From assembly GCA_017499595.2 (NCBI GenBank), contig CM039000.1, positions 1,054,001 through 1,118,000 on the forward strand: a DNA stretch of 64,000 nucleotides, in the 5' to 3' direction. Below the pieces are notes generated by a model. The model saw only the letters and a program-made list of their open reading frames with translations, was not told where the DNA came from and did no database searches. This document shows positions 53,337 to 64,000 of this stretch, in pieces. Position 1 is the stretch's first letter, and each line of letters starts with the position of its first letter. Origin of the DNA: Psilocybe cubensis (taxonomy: Eukaryota). Both the position numbers and the translations under genes were made by a program.

Positions 53337-54680
53337 TCAATGTGCATCTATCTTCATTGTAATCGAAGATCCAAGTATTACCTTCAATAGATGATACCAT
53401 AGATGTTGGAAAATCAGTACCCGGAGCTTGTAAGTCCAACAGTTACTATCGCCGATGTGCCGAACCCCTTCAGGAAACAGTATTCGGGCATCCGATAAAA
53501 ATTTAACCCTGACAGTCTCTTTGTGCCCAGCTAAATAGTACGCGATTTTAGAGAGGGTCTTTTTCACCTGCGCCGCTTTTGTCTAGTATTCTTTGGCATA
53601 ATGGATCTATTGAAGAACCAGGTAAGGAATATACAATTCTCCATCCCGTACGATTGTATTTCAGGGCAGCTGTACGAGTTCTTCGCTTGGTCATTCCATT
53701 CATTAAGAGTGTGATCTTGTCGCCTGAATGAACTTGCTTTGGCTATCCACATGCGATTGTAAATGAAGGAAATCACCTAACGAGGTCCTAGGATATAGGC
53801 AATACATCTTGTCATAGGTAATAATATTCATCACTGCGGCTAAAATAAAGTTAGAAACATAACTAAGACTAAATAAAAGTCACTTAAATACTATGGAATT
53901 TGACAATAGATTCAACAACGGATCCATGGCAAGTGATCAAATGGAATTGTATTTTTCCTCGTGTAAATGTTAATATGGATCCACGATTACCGTGCCCCAG
54001 TTTGGTGTCAACGTTCCCTGGCCTGCTGAAATGTTCTAATGGCTTTAATTATGTTCCCGGAAAATGACATAAAACTGGCTATAATGGATGCATGGTGCAC
54101 TCACTTACCAAGAAACATTGGTGTCCGTAAGACTTGGCCGTCAACTGATATTCATATGGGTGTACTCATGGCTCAATCGACAGTATGCTTATCCGTGTAT
54201 CTCAGCCCATGAGAACTATGTTCTTTTTTGCAATGTTTGAAATTAATGGTGCTAATGATATTCATATGTCTGTGGGGGTTGAAACTAATTTAATATCATA
54301 GGTCATTGTTACAATGCTTATGCTATAAAAGAATCACAGTCGAGGGGGACAACAGTGGTACATTGCGTCCTCATTCGACTAATTATGATGGGAATACAGC
54401 CTTCCTGTCCAACCTATGCTACAGAGCAGACCAGGCGGGTGAACCTAGCATTATGGAATGCCAGAATGTCTTCTGTTCAATTCATAAGTTACAGTGTAGC
54501 TACAATGTTAGAATATTCCTACTGTGTAGTTTCCAACGACATAGCGCCGGGTACTTACCAAATAGGCTGTGGTTATTTCCTTATATCCCATGAAGACGCC
54601 TATCTGTGTTTGGTGTACACCTGGGTCTATCAGAAGGACTTTATTGTACTAAATAGGATATGCAAGGGATTCAGCATGGC
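53337..54680 (-). pseudogene. Passenger E: decayed member of the same family as passenger B
   Basis: Minus-strand fragments SIMLGSPAWSAL, LITCHGSVVESIVKFH|TAVMNIITYDKMYCLYPRTSL and VRHIGDSNCWTYKL, interrupted by stops and frameshifts. 5' boundary approximate. Confidence 0.45.
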
Positions 54681-54802
54681 TTTGGAAGGTATTTAATAGA
54701 CCTGTGTCGTATATACCATCCCATTAACAGCTGTGTATTCTTTCATTTCTTAACAATTAATCTCTCATCATCGTCAAGTGCAACTAGCGTCGTCTTATAA
54801 GC

Positions 54803-56093
54803 ATGACTGCCGAGTAGGTTCTACAACTTGAAAACTGTATAATATTGGCTAACGTCCTACTTAGTCAAACTAACAATGGTGAAGCTAATTTGCTGGTCGG
54901 AGCAGGTGGTCCCTTTACTAGGCAACAGATGCACGCCGATCCTCTTTACACTGCCAGAAAGGATTTTTCTGCCGGTGTCGTCTGGAAGAAGATTCGTGGG
55001 GTGGACACCCTTGTGGTCAACAATGGGGCCGATGGTCCAGTTGACATTGCTCACCCTGTATTAGTGGGGAGAGTATCTGACGACAGACCGTGGTTGGAAC
55101 CGCACGGTAGCTTCAATCCTAAGTACGATCCCGAGAAGGCCATCAAACAGGCTAAGCTGGCTATCACCGTTGTCAGCCCCATTGGGGATCCTGATTTTGA
55201 AGTCGATTTTACGCCGTCTATAAATTCGCTGATAAATGTGCAGAAAGCCATTGCCACTTCTAATATGCATCAGCATTTGTTGATATCAATTGGCGAAGGA
55301 ACAGGCATTCGCTTGAACTTCCCTATCTGGGAAAAGAAGGTAAGCATTTTCCCATATTTTCAGGCAGTTTTCCTTATATTTGGCAACACCATATAGACTG
55401 AACAAAACAAAGGTATGTTTAGTTATCAAAGATGCGCTAAATGATTATTCAAATTGGATATACAGATGGAGGGGCAGAACGTTTTACCAAATCGTATGCG
55501 GTCAATGATGAATGCGAGCCTTGGTTTACGACTATGAAGGAGAAACACTACATTAAACAATTCCCACTGTACGATTCAAAGGACGACTTGATTCAGGACA
55601 TCTCAGTCCTTGAGGATAAACTGGTGGGGGCTTTAGTAGAGGTTACTTTCTCTCTCAAGCATTACTACATCACCTCTAAGACCGATAAGCCCAATGATAC
55701 GTTCACAGCCATCATAGAAAACATCACAATCCTCAAACCCCCTCCGACAGTCTCACACGGGCCATACAGATCATTGTTATCACCCAAGAAGAAGCCGGCG
55801 CGAAGAATTCAAACACCTCTGGGCATTTCAACTAGGGGCAAGCAGATCAATGCTGCCAAATCTTTTATACCAGTACCTCAGCCCATTTTCACACCGAAAG
55901 GAACTGCTATAAATCCTTCGGGATCCGCGTCTTCGACGGCTTCTTCCAGCTCGTCTCACACTTTGGATGATTCCCAACAAGGTGAGTGTCGACATTGAGT
56001 CATTGAAACCGAGTGTTGATAAGTGCTTTAGAAGGGGATGAGAACGATGATGAAGGCCGCCAACAATCCCCCAAGAGACCTCGACTGGTCTGA
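54803..56093 (+). CDS. Passenger protein F: putative OB-fold/ssDNA-binding-like protein with disordered tail and NLS-like end
   Basis: Spliced: MTAD|QTNNG...VLVGRVSDD..LEPHGSF..AKLAITV...FPLYDSKDDLI...LVGALVEVTFSLKHYYI...DTFTAIIENITILKPP, a Ser/Pro-rich tail, then EGDENDDE...PKRPRLV* (TGA 56091-56093). Confidence 0.6.
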
Positions 56094-56269
56094 TTAGATC
56101 CTAATAAATTAGATTGTTTGTTCTTCGGCTATTGGATACAGATTAGATTGTTTGATAGACTTAGATTAGATTGTTAGAAACCTATAGTGACTGGACTGAC
56201 AAAGTTACGTAATGCCAATGCCCGACAATATTTATTTGCGAAATTGACAAGTACAAGTACTCCAATAGG

Positions 56270-57653
56270 CTATAGTCCAGAGCCCGATGGTGCAGATGGA
56301 TCATCTGGTGTCAGCTTGAGTCCAGGCAGCGGTTCTATATAAGGAGTGTCATAGTGTGATACACTCTCTACTACAGCGGGTTTGCTGGACCAATAGTCCA
56401 TATAAAAAGATGGTGCGGATACTGGGGAACTAGAAGTGGGAATGGTGTCAAATGAAGGTACCGGTGATAGCGGGGTTGGTTTATTGAGGTCCGGATATTC
56501 GGCTTCGGCGGTTGCTGAATACGAAGGGTCTACTACAGTACTGGCTCCCAAATCCACGGTACTGAACCTAACTTGTCTAACTGGTTGAGGTTGAGTGAGC
56601 GGTGGTTCTGGGTGCTTGTTGTTGACAGGCACCCGGTCGTCAGAAAAGAGTCCAGGTATAGCTGCAGCGATTGTTGTGTTTGTAACTAGAGAAGACAGTA
56701 TGGCCTATTTGAGTTTGTTAGTCAGCTTAAATAAATGTGAAGAGAAAGTTGAACATACCGAAAAATGAATAACATATATAATTAAGTAAGGGTGAATATG
56801 TCCTTGATGTAGATATATAACAAGGACTGCTGAGCTGCTTATGAACAGCAAGACATTACTACAGAAAGCTATTAGGGTGGCCTTCTGGCGAGTGTCCTTG
56901 AGTTGTTGGAAAGCCTCCCAATGCCCAAGAAACACCCAGTTGTGATACAACAATAACATATCAAAAAAACATTCAACTGGAATGTAGTCAGCAATGTGGT
57001 GATAATGTTGAGAATAAGGATAAAGCGGACCCATAAATGCACCGATGATAAGGGGTTTTAGTGGAATGCAAGCGCAAACGAGGTCTGTGCATGGTGACTG
57101 AACTACACATACAAATGCCGTGACGGACGCAAAGATAGAGCCCATGACTAGGATGATCACCGACAGTAAGCGCGCCCTGCTGACCACCGACGGACGTTCC
57201 TTCGTAAGACGTGTAGGAGAAAGAAGCAAGGAAGTTCTTGATAGGCTGAAGAGACATCACCTTATACTCGAAGATGAAAAGAAAAAAATGTACTCACCAG
57301 AGAGCCTCTATTGCCAAACCCAATTCCAACCTGTATCCATGCAAACTGACTACCCGTGAAGTGACTAGCGTAGACATCAGTAAGGGAGCATAAAGAGAGC
57401 AACTTAAGGATTCCTACCTATCACGTAGGTACGTACAAAAAAGTAGGCATTGACAATCATGGTGAAGACTGAAAAGAGGTCGTCCCACCAAAGAAATGAA
57501 CGTTTGATTCTAAACGATAGTCGAGTGTGGGTGAGGAGTATGACGAAGAGATGGCCTGCCAAAAAGAGGGCATAGGCTGCTGTAAGACACAATTCTATCA
57601 GTCATTATAAAAGAAATGAAACAACATGAAAACGTACTAAAAGGTAAGGTCAT
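56270..57653 (-). CDS. Passenger protein G: PTH11-like (fungal rhodopsin-domain) integral membrane protein
   Basis: ATG 57653. ILLTHTRLSFRIKRSFLWWDDLFSVF (RL..R....LWWDD motif), several hydrophobic helices in 56705-57229, Pro/Ser-rich tail in 56270-56632. Confidence 0.6.
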
Positions 57654-60600
57654 TGTGTAGGAAGTCTATTCAGGAGAACACGATTTTTGGTTGCTGTGGC
57701 TCCGGAACTGTCGTGAGAGAGTGTGTTGGAGAGATGTCCAGTCGGTCGCGTCGTGGTGCACGCGTCCGATATTGATCGTACTTCCTCCTGCTCAGTCACT
57801 ACCACACCAATAGCACTCATTCAAGAAAAGAAAACGAATATACTCATGTAACATAAACCAGCGGAGACTCTATACCAATACTTCACGACATATGAGGTTA
57901 TCAGCAACTAAACTCAGATAGACGTACGTTCAACCGTATATTTAGAGATAATAGAACCCTAAAACCTAATGTTAGCATGCAACAGAACAACTATAGGTCA
58001 CCTACCGAGACATTATACCTACTCTGTATACTGGAAGACAAAGTCAGTGTGCTAACGGCGGTCATTGAAGATTGAAATGGTCAAAAGGACGAGGCAAAGG
58101 GGGCGGGGGAAGGGGAGAATATATGACAGTGAGCGGGTGAGTCTACTAGTAGACTATGACAGGACAGGAAGTTACTTTTTTGAACAGAGTATTTCCCGTT
58201 TGCCTACTGCTGAGCGGTTCAGCATGTACGGAGTGGCCTGTGCCATCGTTGACAGAATGAACAAATAATGTCTACCCACAATTGAAGAAAGCTTGCGGGA
58301 GGAAGGAATGGAAGATAAGTAATGTCTATGATGCACAATTGTCATAAAGCTTACAATGCATGGACGGTACTGAGTGGGACAACGTAGATCGTTATACCGT
58401 GGTATTTGCGGTTTCTGGTTTGCTATGGATACACGACCCTTGGACTGACTGGGGCTTGGACTGACTGGGGCTTCAAACGATACAAGACTCTTGATAATCC
58501 CAAAAGAAAATAGCATCAGAGCCCATCTGGCAACACCTAACTGTCCATACACAAGCTTTAGGGGTAGTAACCAACACAATATCCAGCTAGCTGGGATTAT
58601 TGTGAACAAACCGATCGATCGATACGATACCGGACAGTGAACAAGTATTCAAACCACAGGGATCCTGTACCTAGAGAGAAAGGTCGTAACGAAGTCACTG
58701 GCTAACTTGAAAGGGTGGACTTACTGAAGGATTTTCCATACCTGAAGGATTATGGATCTCGGAACGGAATGCGGACTGTCTATTCAAAGATGTGGCCATT
58801 TTCAGTCATTGTGAAATGTGCAATACCCTCCAGACTTGTTCAAATCTTGGCTCTGGACCACCGATTGTATATACGGAGCAGTTGGCGTTACGGGTAATAC
58901 TGCATAGGGTATTGTAAATGGAGTAGGCGTCCTGGCTACTTGTTGTATTGGAAGGTGGACGTTGGTGGTATGGTGGTGGTATGGTGATGGCCGTCCAACC
59001 ATTTAGCATATCGCGTATCGACGGACGAGGTGTGTGAGCAATTTCTATGAATGTCTGGTTGAATTTGTTGATCCTTGCTACAGTATATTCTGGCAATATC
59101 CTACAGACCGAATGTTGGTTTACCTCGCTACTGAGTCGGAAGGGCATCGGTGTACGATATACAGGGGGGTAGAGAAGGCTGTCAGCGAGGGCATAGGCGC
59201 ATCGCCATACAGTGCTGCAGTGTAGAATGGTGTCGTGGTGATGTGTTGCTATCATTCAAGTGCGATGTATCAATAACTTGCACTTGGAACCAGAAATGTA
59301 GCTCAACGCACCGTTTTACCCCCAACGCGCACACCCAATGAAGCGTTACCACCCAACGCGCACATCGAAGCCTCCATACCGGCGAGCAAAAGAAGACACC
59401 TGTAATGTTGTTAGGATGTACAACCATGTCCAACAGCGAGTATGACCTGAGAAAACCATGACCTGCAAACACTTACACCTTTAGAGTACGAGACAGGAAA
59501 ATAAAAGGGGGCACACCAACAAAGCGTAGCGGTGGGGGTCAACCACATCAAATAGGAATAAAGGTGAGACTGAAAGGAAGATCTATGTGTTAGGAGTTGA
59601 TGCTGATGCAGCGTACCAGGGCCTTTGCAAATACCTAGAAGAAGGGAACGCTCGAGCATCATGTACAGATCACATGCCTGGTGGTAGGCCACACATTAGC
59701 ACTGAAGCCGTTCGGTTACCAAAAAAAAATGGGCCTATACAACCCAAACCATCATATATTAGGTCAGTACGTCACTTGGTCAATGTTGGAATATGTAGAC
59801 TTACGCGGAGGATATGTTCAAGTACAATAATTTGAACGATTTGTTCATGTACAAGTATTTGAAGGAAATACTAAACATCGCGTTATGCGAGGTTGTATTA
59901 AATTGATCAGAAAGATATCAACAATGTATTATATGCTTAAAAGGTATTATACCAATGGACATCCTACGTGTGTTAGGGAATAGCTCAGTCATCGAGCATG
60001 CTTCAACATACAATACTTACAGTATTTTGCAGCTCATAAGTGGGTAACAGTATGTCTACATCTACAAAGATGACTACTCTACGTACACCGAACTAGAAGT
60101 GTAGGACACGATGTATAAAGGCCTACAGGTTAGCATATATATAGAAGTACCCTATAGAAAGAAATAATGAATAAAGAGTCTTTAACGATGCACCGAGCAA
60201 ACTATCTGGAAAGCGTGACAGCCATTATTAAGCCATATTATGTGTGATACGTGTGACTAATAGGAATGACATGATTGGAGGCGGAATAAGCCAATGGGTA
60301 ATATGCGGAGAGTTGAATAGTCAAACTCTGAAAAGACGTAAAACAATGTTATTATCAAACTCAGACGGCAATAAATGATAACGCATCCCCCACTGTAGCG
60401 AATAAACAAAAAATAAGAAAATAATATAATAATAATAAGTGAAAAATAATGAAATGAACGTAAATTGTTGTGTCATATAACAAGCTCAGAAGCAAGCACA
60501 GCAAGGCCTTATTGCCACTGGCAATGCTTCATTACCAAAGGTGGACTAATGTACGTTAGTTACTCTTTAACACACAACTCTGCATGGACACCATGTATCA

Positions 60601-60824
60601 CCCCTGTCAACGTCTTGGGATATCATCAGTCATCCAATATTTTCATCGCAATTATTTAAACTTGAAGCGGGGTGTTAAATAACTAATGCTAATGACTAAT
60701 GGACACTAATGGACAAGGCATGGTGTAGAGCAACAAGCATGATTGAGTGATATTAATGCCGTACAAACAGAAAACATAGCGTAGTATACAATAATGGTAG
60801 GTGGATAGGATCGTTCAGAAATCA

Positions 60825-63578
60825 TCATAAAGCATCAAAGTTGATATGGTGAGAAATCTTCCTCCTCTCCAGCTCATCCTCTCTCTGTCCAAAACAAAAA
60901 CAAGAACGAAAAAAAAAAAAAAAAACAAAAAAAAAAAACAAAAAAAAACGGCATCAGCAAAATTGAGAAAAAAAAAGAAAAGGAATAACAGCAACACGCA
61001 CCTTCTCATTCAAATGCAGCACAAACACAATAATCGCCAACAACACGCTCGCGACGACCACCGTGACCGTCACCCACGGGATCCACTCGCCCGGGCGCAA
61101 AAACAACTCGCGCTTCCACGCCTCGCCCTCCACCACCGACGGCAGGATAACGACCTTGCTATTAGGGATGACACCCTCCATATTGATGTAGTGCTCCGCC
61201 GCGTGGACCGTCGTGCCCACGAAGAGGTTCTCGATGTAGTTGTTCGTGCGCCCTAGACCGAAGAAGGAGTAGGGCGTTTGAAGGGAGTGGTAGGATGTTT
61301 GAGGGAGTTGGCCGACTTGAGGGAGGGGATGAAAGGTTAGTTTTGGGGGGTTTGTGGGTGTGAAGGAGGTGGGGGCAGACCTTGCGCGGCGGAACGATGT
61401 CCTGAGGTGTCGAGGACTGTGTACTTGTATGTTGCACCGGAGTAGCTGACACCAAATGGCTAGACCACGAGACTTCAGGATTGCGAAAATGTACTGCGGA
61501 AAGTTTTCCTCACATGGTATCTCTCTGAGCCATTTGGGCTGTAACACCACCCATTATCGCATGCCCCGTTTAACACTATCATTTAACATCCAATTAGCAC
61601 GACGCAGCTGGAGAGCGATGAATGAGCCTACCAATGGCCTTCAGGAAGAATGCGTCGTAATAAAAGTTGTTCTGCACAAATAAGAAGTTTCCGTGACCAT
61701 CACTGCCTGAGCGCTGAACCATGATATCAAGGGTGCCCTGCACAAGACAATTGAGTCGCATAAAATCATCCAAAATCTCCTAAAAACAACGCACATCTTC
61801 ATCCATGTCCACGAAGCTCAAAGACCGCGCATCTTTGATGTTCTGCAGCGATGCGACGCCTTTCGTGGCCACCTCCCATCCACGCCGTCCTGTGCCGTCC
61901 TTCGCACAACCTACAACTCCCGCGGCGCAAGGAACGGAATAAACTAGATGTGGGATGTGATCGTTCCCTGATACAGTTATGGCCAACAAATCAGGGAAAC
62001 CGTCCAAGTTGGCATCTCCAAGCTTGAGCGAGACGGGAAGGGACGGTGTGAAGGATGTATCTGATACGAACAAAGATGGAGATGAGGGGAATAGGGAGGA
62101 AAGTGGGAATTTGACGAAATTCTACGAGTATGTGAGACTTCAAATGAAGTGGCAGTCAAAAAGTGCGTTCTCGCTTACTGGATTGCTAGTAGTATCAGTC
62201 AAGTCGTACTTGAAGTTGGGGTCCGCGATACATAGATCTTCCGGCCGCCTGCAGACGCGGACTCCTTTCTTAATTCCCGATTCCGTTGATGAAGTGCAAA
62301 GGGGGAGTTGCTGGTTATATGCTATGTTGATGTAGCAGTTGTCACCGACACCTTTGGACGACACACTCTGACAGGTCGAAAAAAACATGTCGATTGTTCC
62401 ATCGCGGTCTACAAAGTCATAAAAGTCAGAAATAAGTATTTCAAGGTGGCATGGTGGCATACCAATGTCAGCAAATGATATGGCCTGAGTACCAGAGGGA
62501 AGGTTGCCTTGCTGGGAGAGAGAAAACCCTTTATCTTTGGCGTTGACCCATACTTGATATGTCTTTCCGCCCCGTCCATCGTCACATACGATGAAAACGT
62601 CTAATAACATGTCAGCATGGACTATAAACCTTTGAATCCCGTCGACTTACCTGCTAAACAATCTCCATCAAGGTCGACAACAGCATTACTATGTGGGTTC
62701 GAAATGGTACACTGCTGTCCTTTGAAGTTGGCATCCTGCCTGTACTCCACGTCAGTGCCTCTATTCATATTCAGGTTTGAGACAATTTACACGTTAAACA
62801 GTACTGGATTCGGAGAAGAGGCATTCCACGTATTCTGCCAGATTTGGAAAATATCGCTGGAGCTGCCTGTCGAAGATGTAGTCATCCCAAGTAAGTCTAT
62901 CTTCATATCTCCATCGACATCAATGGGTATAGGTTGCGAAAGAGTTGAGGGTGGTAATTTAAGGGGGTTGTCGATGTCTGAAAAAACGGTTAGCATTCGG
63001 TGGACGTGTTTTTGGTGAGAAAGTTACCAAATCCATCGCCAGGAAGGGAGGGGTATAGGGTTAAGTCGAGCTGGCTGTTTGATCGGCTTTGGCTCATAAC
63101 CAGGATGTCTAGCTTTCCGGAATGCGTAAAGTCTCCTGGTACAACGTTGTAAACTTTTGTGGGATGTCTGAATGTGCCACCATCGACAAATTGGAATGCA
63201 TCTACGATTGTATAGTCAGCTTGAGTTTTAGCATTGCTTGAGCAGCGGATTCGGTACCATGATTCCAATGGTGGACTGAGAGCGTTTGCTGGTCGGATCC
63301 TAATACGAGAAGATCGAGACTTCAAGGGGCTAATCAATTATTTACATTCAATACAAACAATAGTATGCATACAGTTGGTCGCCGTCAAAGTCTCCAAAGG
63401 CTACTACCCTTCCGTCACCGCTCAACCCCAATGCACCAGCATCTACCAAGGAATTTCCAGAAAATCGCTTCGGTGGAAACGGCCAAATAGCAACTCCAGG
63501 CGAAACATAACAGACAGAAACGAGAATTGTCGATAGCAGGAAGATATTTCGCCGTCTTCCAGGACGCCTGAGATACAT
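60825..63578 (-). CDS. TIP/ITFG1 (LINKIN)-like FG-GAP repeat membrane protein
   Basis: Signal peptide. FG-GAP-like repeats AFGDFDGD, GDFTHSG, DVDGDMKIDL, GDANLDGFPDL. QTPYSFFGLGRTNNYIE, VIPNSKVVI, a C-terminal TM helix, then LHLNEK|REDELERRKISHHINFDAL*. Confidence 0.85.
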
Positions 63579-64000
63579 GTTAGATGTGCGCTGCGCGCAG
63601 GCAGACTAATAGTTTGGGTTCAACCTCAGGAGGTCATCGCCATTCAACGTTGCCGCATGGTGGCAGTGCTAATATTTGGTCTCAAGGACAATGACTTTGG
63701 ATACATTTTGGTTACATACTTCCCTTGTGACTCTATTGTCTTGTCACGTCACTCATTCCTCTTGAACTGTTCCCTTGACTTGTGCCGCACCCAGATTGTT
63801 TCCAGGCGTTTGCAATGGACGTTGTTTGTCTTTTCTATGGCTCTTGCTCCACCTATATGGCTCCGCAAACACAAGGTTATCCATCATTCAATCATTTGCC
63901 GAATGAATGTTCTCGCCCTTTGTTCAACTTCTGTCTGAAAATTCTCGGAAAGAACTGGTTGGACCCAATGGATTCCGCACAGGCTTCTTAGGTCAACAGA

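Larger units (their letters stand above)
40780..60400 (-). mobile_element. Large Helitron-like rolling-circle element with multiple passenger genes (boundaries approximate)
   Basis: RepHel gene at 41114-47143 followed by a dense array of non-housekeeping spliced ORFs. The block sits between the 3' ends of two conserved convergent host genes. Termini not identified, so the extent is inferred. Confidence 0.6.

Noticed and set aside
58439-58470. 16-bp tandem duplication CTTGGACTGACTGGGG
   Set aside because: Simple slippage duplication with no further structure.
60891-60983. Long A-rich tracts and the Lys-rich or Phe-rich ORFs they create
   Set aside because: They lie in the last intron of the TIP-like gene (T-rich on the coding strand). 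No TSD or retro-insert body was seen.

Overview
Intron-rich fungal genomic DNA, most likely an Agaricomycete (short GT..AG introns, basidiomycete-type gene families). The left 40 kb holds host genes and small elements: two convergent DUF6699-like genes, three F-box paralogues (the third disabled by a frameshift and three MITE insertions), two complete cytochrome P450 paralogues plus a P450 remnant, a Ser/Thr kinase with a large N-lobe insertion, several MITEs, a decayed non-LTR retroelement and a senescence/spartin-domain gene. From about 40.8 to 60.4 kb, between the convergent 3' ends of the senescence-domain gene and a TIP/ITFG1 (LINKIN) gene, lies a ~19.5 kb block led by an apparently intact spliced Helitron-like Rep-helicase (DUF6570-like, HUH-Y2 Rep, PIF1) followed by about 7-8 spliced ORFs. 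The standout is a divergent Fpg/Nei-like DNA glycosylase/AP-lyase gene (N-terminal MPE, RGK, GPD, H2TH motif, VYR) ending in AT-hook-like motifs. Nearby are two related putative OB-fold/ssDNA-binding genes and two related nucleotidyltransferase-like genes, which suggests a rolling-circle element carrying its own DNA-processing module. The element termini could not be fixed by eye. All family calls come from manual motif recognition; no searches were run.
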